Shown here one piece after another: positions 1 through 8,555 of a stretch of 64,000 nt of DNA (positions within the stretch are counted from its first letter, which is position 1; every line of letters starts with the position of its first letter). A model generated the notes under the pieces. That model did no database searches. It was not told the origin of the DNA and saw only the letters and a list, made by a program, of their open reading frames with translations. Location: positions 84 to 64,083 of the forward strand of contig CAZRTL010000006.1 in assembly GCA_964603065.1 (NCBI GenBank). The letters run 5' to 3'. The DNA comes from Candidatus Woesearchaeota archaeon (GTDB taxonomy: Archaea > Nanobdellota > Nanobdellia > SCGC-AAA011-G17 > PNOQ01). The translations under genes were made by a program, and so were the position numbers.

Positions 1-2
1 AT

Positions 3-1007
3 TATGACCAAAAGGGCCAGATTATTCAAATTGAAGAGATTATGGATTATGGAATTTTTGAAACTATTTATGATTATGATTTAACTGGAAATGTTATTTC
101 TATTATCAATAGCGTGACTGGGGACATTACATTATATGATTATAATATGGTTGGACAATTAGAGAATGTTTCTTTTAATGGAAATAAGGTTGAATATAGT
201 TATTATGATGATGGGTTAATAGACCAAATAAATTATCCAAACGGAGTATCAACTAATTATATTTATGATACTAGAAATTTTGTTGAAGAAATAAGAATTG
301 ACAATACAGTCGGTAATATATTTGATGAACAGTACTATTATGACAACGTTGGTAACTTGTTAAGAACAGAAGATTGGGAGCCAATAAATAATAATCCTGG
401 AACGGAGGGAAAATGTGCAGAATTTAATTATGATGATTTATACAGGTTAACTGATGTTACCGATAGAGGACAGGGCTGTGATGATAGTCAAGAATGGACT
501 GATTATTACAACCCAAATCCCGATCAAGGAATTGGAGTTAACTTAGATTATACTTATGATGCTGTAGGGAACAGGTTGACTAGGGCTGTTGGAGGATATA
601 TAACTGACCCTTGGGATGAAACTTATATTTATGGCTATGAAGGGGGACAGCCTAGTGGCGCTTCTCAGAACAATAAATTAGCTTTTACCGAATCTGATGT
701 TGTTGGGGATTGTAATTATCATTATGATGCTGCGGGAAATTTAAGAAGTAAAAGATGTAATGATGGTCAGACGAAAGTAGATTATATTGTTGATTATAAA
801 AACATGATAACGGATATAATTTATTATGAATGGATAGATAATGATTATTTATTGACTGGAGAGTCTCTGAGTTTTGAGTATGATGCGTTGGGTAGAAGAG
901 TTAAGAAATTAGTTATAACTTCTGATTCAGAGTTAGAGACAATTTATAGTTATGGTCTTGGAATGAATCCTTTATTTGAAGATACTAGAGAGTTATTGGA
1001 TTCTTAG
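3..1007 (+). CDS. YD/RHS-repeat protein, 3' part (5'-truncated by window edge); lacks the Rhs core/DPxG end
   Basis: Frame is open from position 3 (YDQKGQIIQ...). Repeated YD motifs (YDLTGN, YDNVGN, YDDLYRL, YDAVGNR, YDAAGN, YDALGRR). Confidence 0.9.
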   Translation, partial: YDQKGQIIQIEEIMDYGIFETIYDYDLTGNVISIINSVTGDITLYDYNMVGQLENVSFNGNKVEYSYYDDGLIDQINYPNGVSTNYIYDTRNFVEEIRIDNTVGNIFDEQYYYDNVGNLLRTEDWEPINNNPGTEGKCAEFNYDDLYRLTDVTDRGQGCDDSQEWTDYYNPNPDQGIGVNLDYTYDAVGNRLTRAVGGYITDPWDETYIYGYEGGQPSGASQNNKLAFTESDVVGDCNYHYDAAGNLRSKRCNDGQTKVDYIVDYKNMITDIIYYEWIDNDYLLTGESLSFEYDALGRRVKKLVITSDSELETIYSYGLGMNPLFEDTRELLDS

Positions 1008-1043
1008 TAAGCTTTATTAATTCTTTATCTTTGTTTTTATTGT

Positions 1044-1118
1044 GGACTCGTAGCTCAGCTTGGATAGAGCACTTCCCTCCTAAGGAAGGGGTCGAGGGTT
1101 CAAATCCCTTCGGGTCCG
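1044..1118 (+). tRNA. tRNA-Arg (CCT)
   Basis: Cloverleaf: GGACTCG/CGGGTCC acceptor, CTTCC-CTCCTAA-GGAAG anticodon arm, GTTCAAATC T-loop. Confidence 0.97.
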
Positions 1119-1159
1119 CTTGTAGTAATTTTTTTAAATAATGAGGAGTAAATAATGCT

Positions 1160-2428
1160 ATGGGAAAGAGTGTGATATTTGTAGTTTTGCTAATAATTAG
1201 TATTAGTTTAGTTTCTGCTAAAGTTATTGATATCCCCAAAGTTAAACAGGGAAAATTTTTACCAGAAAATATTCAAGAGGATTCTCCAATTGGAATAAAA
1301 AGGTATGTTTATGGTGGTAACTCTTTAGTTGCTTCTCAAGATAGTGAAGGAGTTAAATATTATCATCAAGATAGACTTTGGAGTAATAGAGTAATTACTG
1401 ATTCTTCTGGAAATAAAGATAGTGAGTTTTTGTCTTTGCCTTTTGGACAAGTAGTGATTGAAGGCATAGATTATAGTTTTACTGGAAAAGAGTTAGATTC
1501 TTCTGGATTATATTACTTTGGAGCTAGATATTATGATTCTAATTTGGGAAGGTTTTCTTCTAGGGATCCTGTTCCGAATGAATTACCTTATGCTTATGTT
1601 GGAAATAATCCTATGAATTTTATTGATCCTGATGGAATGGATAGATATTCTATGTTGGCAGGAGATAAATCTATTGTTGGGCATTATCTTACTCCAGTTC
1701 TTCCTTTTAATTATATCAAAGATGTTACTGGATCGACAACTCTTGGTGCTTTAGGAGGGATTGCTTTTATGTTGGGTCATGAATGGGGGGAATATACCAA
1801 TCCTGCGATGTATAATTTTCCTGGCACTATTCAAGGGGCAGGCTATAGTTTTGGTGAATACCTGAATAGTCCTGATACGAGAGAGGATTTAAGATTGGGG
1901 ATAATTGGTTTAGCTGTAGAAAGTTTGAATCTTCCGGTTTCAATTGAAACAGAATCTTTATTTTTATCTGGGCAAGATAATCCTTTGGCTGCTGCCCCTT
2001 ATAATGAAAGAGTTTTTTTCGGTTTAGAATCTGGGAGTATTGAGAATGAGGGTATGTCCTTGAGATTTGGTTTGGTTGCTGGGCATAATGAGCCTGTCGC
2101 TGATGATGCTTTGCCCCTTTCTCATGTTTATACAAATAGGGGAGTAGGATTTGGATTTAGTAGCTTGGGAAGCCATGGCCAGATTGGAGATGCTGGAGAC
2201 TTTTTAGGGTTAGGGATAAGAATAAAGAAAACTCTTTTTTCGATTGATAGTATTGGAGTGAGCTTTCCTGCTTATGGCTTGTTTAGTATTAATCAACCAA
2301 GAGAAGGTAGTTCTTATGGCCAGCTATCTGGAGGGGCCGGCATAGAATTTAATGATTGGGGTAGATTCCCTATACGCATGGTTTCTAGTGGTGATTCGAT
2401 AGGATTGGGTATTGGCGGAAGTTTTTAG
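1160..2428 (+). CDS. Signal peptide + RHS repeat-associated core + unknown C-terminal cargo domain
   Basis: Hydrophobic N-terminus; YYHQDRL..., FTGKELDSSGLYYFGARYYD, NNPMNFIDPDG core motifs; divergent C-terminus. Confidence 0.9.
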   Translation: MGKSVIFVVLLIISISLVSAKVIDIPKVKQGKFLPENIQEDSPIGIKRYVYGGNSLVASQDSEGVKYYHQDRLWSNRVITDSSGNKDSEFLSLPFGQVVIEGIDYSFTGKELDSSGLYYFGARYYDSNLGRFSSRDPVPNELPYAYVGNNPMNFIDPDGMDRYSMLAGDKSIVGHYLTPVLPFNYIKDVTGSTTLGALGGIAFMLGHEWGEYTNPAMYNFPGTIQGAGYSFGEYLNSPDTREDLRLGIIGLAVESLNLPVSIETESLFLSGQDNPLAAAPYNERVFFGLESGSIENEGMSLRFGLVAGHNEPVADDALPLSHVYTNRGVGFGFSSLGSHGQIGDAGDFLGLGIRIKKTLFSIDSIGVSFPAYGLFSINQPREGSSYGQLSGGAGIEFNDWGRFPIRMVSSGDSIGLGIGGSF

Positions 2429-2432
2429 AAAT

Positions 2433-3266
2433 TTAAATTTTTACAGCAATTCTACCATCTTTTAGAATTCTTACTTTGCCCCCCGATTCTGAAACGGTTA
2501 TTGCTATTGCATTTGTTTCTTTTGTTATAGCCGCACAAGCTCTGTGTTTAGTTCCAAATCCTCCCGGTAAATCTATATCAGAAATATTGATATCTAAATA
2601 TGTTCCTGCGCTTATTATGTGCCCTTCTTCATCTATTATGAAAGCTCCATCCAGTTGAGCAAATTCTTTTACGGTTTCTTTTACAGAAAGATCTGTGATT
2701 TTTATTTTTTCATCTAATCTTCCGAATGGGTTTATTATTAGTTGTTTTAAATATCTGTTTAGCTCCGATATTTCACCAATAATAAAAGCTGTGCCTATTT
2801 TTCTTCCTTCTCTTCCTTCTTGAGAGATTTCTCTTGCTATATCTAAAACAGCTTCAATTATCTCAGGACTTATTTTTTCAGAAATGTTTTGTTTTCCCAT
2901 TTTAAAGAAAACTTCATCAACATCAAATATGAAAAGAACACCTTTATACCCAGTCCCCATACTCCCATCCTCTATACAAACAATTTTCTCTCCTTTTTTT
3001 ATATAATCTTTTGTTATAGACTCCATGAGAATTTCTTTTACAGGAACTATGGAACCAGTCTCTAATCTTTTTATTTTTGTTTTATACTCTATTTTTTTAT
3101 ATACTTTTGGCTGGACTTTTTTAAAAATTGTTACTTTTATATCTAATTTTTCTTCTTCTTCATATTCTTCTTTTTGTATTTTCTCTATAGAAACTATTCC
3201 ATCTGCATTGATTTCTCGGGCTATTTTAGTAGCTGCTGCTCCAATAGACTGCTCAATAAGGTTCAT
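2433..3266 (-). CDS. dacZ: Diadenylate cyclase (DisA_N/DacZ-like)
   Basis: EGREGRKIGTAFIIG, KEFAQLDGAFII, GTKHRACAAIT, SESGG motifs. Confidence 0.85.
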   Translation of the reverse strand: MNLIEQSIGAAATKIAREINADGIVSIEKIQKEEYEEEEKLDIKVTIFKKVQPKVYKKIEYKTKIKRLETGSIVPVKEILMESITKDYIKKGEKIVCIEDGSMGTGYKGVLFIFDVDEVFFKMGKQNISEKISPEIIEAVLDIAREISQEGREGRKIGTAFIIGEISELNRYLKQLIINPFGRLDEKIKITDLSVKETVKEFAQLDGAFIIDEEGHIISAGTYLDINISDIDLPGGFGTKHRACAAITKETNAIAITVSESGGKVRILKDGRIAVKI

Positions 3267-3303
3267 TTCGTTAGTAGGAGTTAGAATTTATTAAAAAGCC
3301 TTT

Positions 3304-5088
3304 CTATAATTTAGCTTCTATGTTTTCGTTTTTGTCCAAAGATTCAATTAATGTTCTTCCTAATTGGGATTTTTTGTGGATTTGTATTTTTGATTTGTTT
3401 GAAGCTATTGCTGAGAATAAAAACTGTCCATTTAGTGTAAATTCTATTGATTTCTTTACTATGTTTTTTGGAAATTTGAAAACTATATATTTAGCTGTGT
3501 CTGCAACCTCATAAGTTAGAGATTCTTGTCTTTTTAACTTTGGTTTAACTGTTAATTTAATTCCTACTTTGTTTTCAATGTTTTCTATTCTTTTTCCTTT
3601 TGTTCCGATTATTTGGGCAATATCTTTTTCTGGAATGAATATGTTTGCTCTATTTTGTGAGATAATTTCAACTTCTGCATCTTTCGAATATTGTCTTATT
3701 TCTTTTAGTAATTGTTTCTCTGCTAATTTTTGAGATGGAGATTTATCATTTTGAACAGGAATTATTACCGTTTCTTCCCCATAGGAATATATTTCATATG
3801 CTAATGTATTTTCGTTAAAATCAAAAACTTCAATTACTGGACGTGCTAAATCTGCTTCTGTCATTCCTGATGGAACTTTAACTGACATTTTTAGAGTTAG
3901 AACTTTCTCGACTTTTCCCGAGTCCATGAAAATTATTGTATCAACTACTGAAGGAATTAATCCGGTGTCTGTTCGGCCTATAAATCTTTGAACTGCATCT
4001 ATTGCAGAAGCCGAGTGTAAAACTCCAAGGCATTCAGAACCTGCTAACCTTAGATCCATGAATAGTTTGAAATCAGGAGTGTCTCTTATTTCGTCGAAAA
4101 TTAAGTTATCTGGTCTTGAAAGGAATAAAATGTCGTGTATCTCTTCGGATGTTGAAAAGTTTTTTGAGTATTGAGTAATTCTATCATCTAGTTGTAGATC
4201 TCTTGGAGATTCAACTGTTTTTGTTATTTTGTTATTTTGAGCATAATATTCGGCTATTGCCTGAGCTAGAGTTGATTTTCCCGACCCAGTTTCTCCTGCT
4301 ATTAATACTCCTCTAGCTTGAGCCTTTACTCTTTCTAATAAAGATTCATCTAATTTATAATCATCTAAGTTTAACTTTTTAATTGGTCTTATTGCAGTTA
4401 TTTCAAGACCATCAGAAATTGGTTTTCTTACTATAACTATTCTGTAGTTTTTATATTGTATTACTGTTGAACCCGAACGTGAAATTTCTACAAAGGATTT
4501 TGGATCCATTCTAGCTTTTTCAATTATTTCTTTGGCTAATTCATTTATTTTTTTGTATTTTAATTTTTTTCCTGTTTTGACAAGTTGCCAGTTTCCTGGA
4601 GCGCCTCTTTTTGCTAGGGGTATGGAATCTTCTTTTAGATGAACTGACATAGTTGTTTTGTCGAAATATTTTTCTATGCTTAATTTTTGTTTTGGTCTAA
4701 CTTGTTCTATGAAATTTACTTCTAGACCATAAACTCTTGCAGACTCTGCTTGAACTATGTCTGCAGTTATTAATGTAGAAGACTCTTCGTATGCAATTTG
4801 CCTTATCATTGCATCTATTTCACCAGATTTTGCAAATTTAATTTGATCGGGAGTTGGCCTAGATCCAACAAACCTTAATTCTACTTTCCCTTGTTTCTTT
4901 AGTTCTTGAAGTTTTTTTAGTTCATCAAGTCCAAGAAATCCAGTTTCTTTTCTTCTATTTGCTTGAGCTTCAAGTTCTGAAACTGCTGCATTTGCTATGA
5001 TTATTGTTCCCTGTATCTCTTTTTTTTCTATTGATTCAGAAATAACTCCTTCAATTATTGCAGAAGTATCTGGTACATATGTTTTCAT
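3304..5088 (-). CDS. PIN-domain ATPase with KH domain (PINA-like)
   Basis: N-terminal PIN (VPDTSAII), Walker A GETGSGKST, DEIR, C-terminal KH (IIGTKG). Confidence 0.9.
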   Translation of the reverse strand: MKTYVPDTSAIIEGVISESIEKKEIQGTIIIANAAVSELEAQANRRKETGFLGLDELKKLQELKKQGKVELRFVGSRPTPDQIKFAKSGEIDAMIRQIAYEESSTLITADIVQAESARVYGLEVNFIEQVRPKQKLSIEKYFDKTTMSVHLKEDSIPLAKRGAPGNWQLVKTGKKLKYKKINELAKEIIEKARMDPKSFVEISRSGSTVIQYKNYRIVIVRKPISDGLEITAIRPIKKLNLDDYKLDESLLERVKAQARGVLIAGETGSGKSTLAQAIAEYYAQNNKITKTVESPRDLQLDDRITQYSKNFSTSEEIHDILFLSRPDNLIFDEIRDTPDFKLFMDLRLAGSECLGVLHSASAIDAVQRFIGRTDTGLIPSVVDTIIFMDSGKVEKVLTLKMSVKVPSGMTEADLARPVIEVFDFNENTLAYEIYSYGEETVIIPVQNDKSPSQKLAEKQLLKEIRQYSKDAEVEIISQNRANIFIPEKDIAQIIGTKGKRIENIENKVGIKLTVKPKLKRQESLTYEVADTAKYIVFKFPKNIVKKSIEFTLNGQFLFSAIASNKSKIQIHKKSQLGRTLIESLDKNENIEAKL

Positions 5089-5138
5089 AATTTTGTTATT
5101 AGGAAAGGTTTTTATATACTTTTTCTTTTTAATATAGT

Positions 5139-6236
5139 ATGAAGAAGAGTGTGATTTTGGTAGTGTTACTGTTATTATTTATTCCTATATCTAGTTCTAA
5201 AACTGTTGATATACCCGGAGTTGAAAGAGGAAGTTTAATTGGCGAGGATGTTCCTTCAGAGCCCTTACAAGAAATAGGAGTAACTAGATACGTTTATGCA
5301 GGAAATAACTTAGTGGCTTCTCAAGTTGGAAATGATATTAAGTATTATCATCAAGATAGACTAGGAAGTAATAGATTAATTACAGATTCTTCCGGAAATG
5401 AAGATGGAGAGTTTTTATCTTTACCTTTTGGACAGCCTGTTGTTGATGAAGTTGAGTATGGTTTTACAGGAAAAGAGCAAGATTCTTCAGGTTTACATTA
5501 TTTTGGAGCGAGATATTATGATTCAAATTTAGGAAGATTTACTTCTAGAGATCCAGTTCTTAGTGAACTTCCTTACGCTTACGTTTCTAACAATCCTATG
5601 AATTTCATTGATCCTAGTGGAGCTATTCGAGAGTACGCTATTCAGAAGGGAGACGATTTGACTAAAATCAGTGAGCGTTTTGATACTAGTGTAGATGAGC
5701 TTGTTAAATTGAATAACCTACAAGATCCAAATTTAATTAAGGTGGGCCAAATGATTAGACTGCCGGATTTTTCTTTATCTAAATCTTCTGAATCTAGACT
5801 AAGCACTGTTGATTCCGACTTAGCGAAAGTTATTAGAGAGGCCCAAAAAGACTCCCCATTTGAGTTCCAAATAGTCGAAGGAAAAAGAACTAGGACCAGG
5901 CAATCTGACCTTTATAAAAAAGCAAGAAAATGGGTTGGAAAAGGCCAGACTCAAGATCCCACTGCCAATAATGTTCATCTTTGGGTTCCTATAAAAACTA
6001 ATTCTAAAGGGAGATGCGTCGGATGTGTTACTTGGACTTTGAGTTCTAAACATTTTTCTGGAAAAGCCGTGGATTTGGTGGAAGTTGACTCTAAAGGAAA
6101 TTTTGATTGGAACTATCCTCACTATAAAGAGATCTCGGCTCACATAAAAGCTACTGCTAAGAGAATGGGAATAACTATTGAATGGGGTGGAGATTGGAAG
6201 GATGATCGCGACATCCCACATTGGCAAGTTAAATAA
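5139..6236 (+). CDS. Signal peptide + RHS core + LysM + M15 family peptidoglycan peptidase
   Basis: Rhs core ending DPSG; LysM (YAIQKGDDLTKIS...LNNLQDPNLIKVGQMIRLP); M15 motifs EGKRT..RQ..LY, SKHFSGKAVD, EWGGDW..DIPHWQ. Confidence 0.9.
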   Translation: MKKSVILVVLLLLFIPISSSKTVDIPGVERGSLIGEDVPSEPLQEIGVTRYVYAGNNLVASQVGNDIKYYHQDRLGSNRLITDSSGNEDGEFLSLPFGQPVVDEVEYGFTGKEQDSSGLHYFGARYYDSNLGRFTSRDPVLSELPYAYVSNNPMNFIDPSGAIREYAIQKGDDLTKISERFDTSVDELVKLNNLQDPNLIKVGQMIRLPDFSLSKSSESRLSTVDSDLAKVIREAQKDSPFEFQIVEGKRTRTRQSDLYKKARKWVGKGQTQDPTANNVHLWVPIKTNSKGRCVGCVTWTLSSKHFSGKAVDLVEVDSKGNFDWNYPHYKEISAHIKATAKRMGITIEWGGDWKDDRDIPHWQVK

Positions 6237-6253
6237 ATGGCCCCCTAGAATGT

Positions 6254-6967
6254 TTAAATCTTTCTTAGAAATAATAAAAATCCGGTGTGGCCGAGCATTT
6301 GATTTTCTGGCCTTATAATTCCTTTTTCATATTTCCAGTTTCTTTCTAAAATTTCAATGAAATCAGTTACTTGTAAGTTTTCAGTTAAATTATCTAAAAC
6401 ATTTTGAATTTGAGGTATTGTTGGTACATAAATTACTAAGAATCCTCCAGAAGTTAAAGCTGATTCTGCATGTTTTAAAACTAAATGAGGCTTTTCTAAA
6501 TCTAAATTAATTAAATCTAGATCTTTTTCGTCGATTCCTTCGTAAATATCTTTATTTTTTATAGTTATATTTTTTAATCCTAAATCTTCAAAATTCTTTT
6601 CTGCTATTTTTATAAAATCTTTTCTTTTTTCATATGCTATTACTTTTTTTGCTATGTTTGCTAAGGAAGAAGTTAACATTCCGGAGCCAATTCCACAATC
6701 TAGAACTTTTGAATCTTTGTTTACTCCGGTTTCTATTATAATTCTTCCAATATCTTTTGAAGTCATTATTTGAGGACCTCTTTTTATTTTTTTTAGATTA
6801 TCTGGGAATTTTGCATCGTAAACTGAGAATTCTTTTTTTGTGTTTGATAAGACTTTTGATTTAGTTTTTATGTCTTTTTCTTTAATAACTCCAAAATTAG
6901 TATGAAGATCTCCTTCGCTCCAGTAAAACTTTTTGTTTTCTCTTTGAAGTATTTTTTTGTATTTCAT
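6254..6967 (-). CDS. trmI: tRNA (adenine-N1)-methyltransferase TrmI-like
   Basis: RGPQIM..KDIG, VLDCGIGSG, GHTGFL. Start moved to MKYKK (6967) because the longer ORF overlaps tRNA-Leu. Confidence 0.85.
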   Translation of the reverse strand: MKYKKILQRENKKFYWSEGDLHTNFGVIKEKDIKTKSKVLSNTKKEFSVYDAKFPDNLKKIKRGPQIMTSKDIGRIIIETGVNKDSKVLDCGIGSGMLTSSLANIAKKVIAYEKRKDFIKIAEKNFEDLGLKNITIKNKDIYEGIDEKDLDLINLDLEKPHLVLKHAESALTSGGFLVIYVPTIPQIQNVLDNLTENLQVTDFIEILERNWKYEKGIIRPENQMLGHTGFLLFLRKI

Positions 6968-6975
6968 TTTAGAAA

Positions 6976-7059
6976 TGCAGGAGACAGGGTTCGAACCTGC
7001 GTAGGCACTAAGCCGAAGGATTTTGAGTCCTCCCCGTTTGACCACTCCGGCACTCCTGC
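6976..7059 (-). tRNA. tRNA-Leu (CAA)
   Basis: GCAGGAG/CTCCTGC acceptor, GAGGA-CTCAAAA-TCCTT anticodon arm, long variable arm. Confidence 0.97.
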
Positions 7060-7133
7060 ATGTTTTTTGTGTAATTATTTTGATTTAAAAGTCTTATGGA
7101 AAGCTTTTTAATTTTGTATTTTTTCTTTTAGTT

Positions 7134-7985
7134 ATGCCAACTAATGTAACTCCAGAATATCAGAGAGCTGAAAAGGAATATTTTCAAGCTGAAGGAATAA
7201 AAGAGAAAGTAAAGTGTTTGCAGAGAATGCTATCTGTTGCTCCCAGCCATAAGGGAGGAGAGAAACTAAGAAAAGATATTAAACAAAGAATAGCTAGATA
7301 TAAATCTCTATTGGAGAAAGAGAAACAGGCTGGCAAGGGCAAGGGGGGAGGTCTAACTATTAAAAAAGAAGGATCTGCCCAAGTTGTTTTGATAGGTAAA
7401 ACTAATTCTGGAAAATCTTTTTTGTTGGGTAAAATTACTAATGCTAATCCTGAAATAGCCGAGTATGAACATACTACAAAAATTCCTGAAATTGGAACTA
7501 TGGAATATAATGGAGTGCCTATACAAATTGTTGAAATGCCCGCCATAACTGAAAATTATTTAGAAAAAGAAAAAGGGCCTATGTTTTTGGGTATTATTCG
7601 TGGAGCAGACTTAATAGTTATTTTAGCTGAAGATAAAGCTGAAGAGAAGTTTATTATAAAAGAATTGGAATTGGTTGGAATAAAAGGAGATAGGATTGTT
7701 GTTAGGAAGAAAGAGGATCCGTATCATATTAAAAATAAAATTTGGAGTTTTTTAAATTTAATTTATGTTTTTACCAAAACCCCGGGAAAGGAAAAAGATT
7801 ACCCTCCCCTTGCTTTAAAGAAAAGATCTACAGTAAGAGATTTAGCTTTGAATGTACATAAGGATTTTGTCAAAAAGTTTAGTTTTGCTAAAGTGTGGGG
7901 AAGATCTGCCAAACACGAAGGTATGAAATGTGGATTGAAACATGTTTTACAAAGTGGAGATATTATTGAGTTACACACAAAATGA
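7134..7985 (+). CDS. DRG/OBG-family GTPase with TGS domain
   Basis: MPTNVTPEY N-terminus, GKTNSGKS, C-terminal TGS (VHKDF...HVLQSGDIIELH). Confidence 0.88.
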   Translation: MPTNVTPEYQRAEKEYFQAEGIKEKVKCLQRMLSVAPSHKGGEKLRKDIKQRIARYKSLLEKEKQAGKGKGGGLTIKKEGSAQVVLIGKTNSGKSFLLGKITNANPEIAEYEHTTKIPEIGTMEYNGVPIQIVEMPAITENYLEKEKGPMFLGIIRGADLIVILAEDKAEEKFIIKELELVGIKGDRIVVRKKEDPYHIKNKIWSFLNLIYVFTKTPGKEKDYPPLALKKRSTVRDLALNVHKDFVKKFSFAKVWGRSAKHEGMKCGLKHVLQSGDIIELHTK

Positions 7986-8530
7986 GAAGAGATAAATTTA
8001 CTTCAAGGGCAAAAAGTGAGGGATACAAGGCGAGAAGTGTCTTTAAACTGAAAAATTTAGATAATAAATTTAAGTTAATAAAAAAAGAAGATAAAATTTT
8101 GGATTTAGGAGCATGGCCAGGCAGTTGGAGTCAATACTCTTTGGAGAAAGGTGCGGAAGTTGATGCAGTTGATGTTGCCAAAATTAAGATAGATGGAATT
8201 AATTTTATTGAGGCAAATGTTTTTGATGAAGATCTAATTGAAAAATTAGATATGTATGACATTGTAATGAGCGATTTAGCTCCCAAAACAATTGGAGTTA
8301 GGAAAATAGATAATGAAGCAAGTTTTGAACTGAGTATGCGGGCATTAGAAATAGCAAAAGAAGTTTTAATTAAAAAGGGAAGTTTTATCTGTAAAATTTT
8401 CCAAAGTGAATTTTTTGATAAATTTTTAAAAGAAGTGAAAAAAGAATTTAGATCTGTTAAAGTAATAAAGCCAGAGGCTTCTAAAAAAAGAAGTAAGGAA
8501 ATTTATATCATCGGTATTAGAAAGATTTAA
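7982..8530 (+). CDS. rlmE: 23S rRNA methyltransferase RlmE/FtsJ
   Basis: YKARSVFKL, LDLGAWPGSWSQ, SDLAP, KPEASKKRSKEIY. Confidence 0.93.
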   Translation: MRRDKFTSRAKSEGYKARSVFKLKNLDNKFKLIKKEDKILDLGAWPGSWSQYSLEKGAEVDAVDVAKIKIDGINFIEANVFDEDLIEKLDMYDIVMSDLAPKTIGVRKIDNEASFELSMRALEIAKEVLIKKGSFICKIFQSEFFDKFLKEVKKEFRSVKVIKPEASKKRSKEIYIIGIRKI

Positions 8531-8555
8531 ATAAATCTTTTTTCAATTTTATTTT

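Noticed and set aside
1044..1118. tRNA-Arg as integration site of an Rhs island
   Set aside because: I saw no duplicated tRNA 3' end and no integrase, and housekeeping genes lie between the cassettes.
985..1239. 84-aa minus-strand ORF
   Set aside because: Antisense to tRNA-Arg and the Rhs cassette start; shadow ORF.
6968..7045. N-terminal extensions of trmI, the amidohydrolase (38895) and the pilin-like gene (43608)
   Set aside because: They run through tRNA genes from alternative start codons; downstream ATGs give sensible N-termini.
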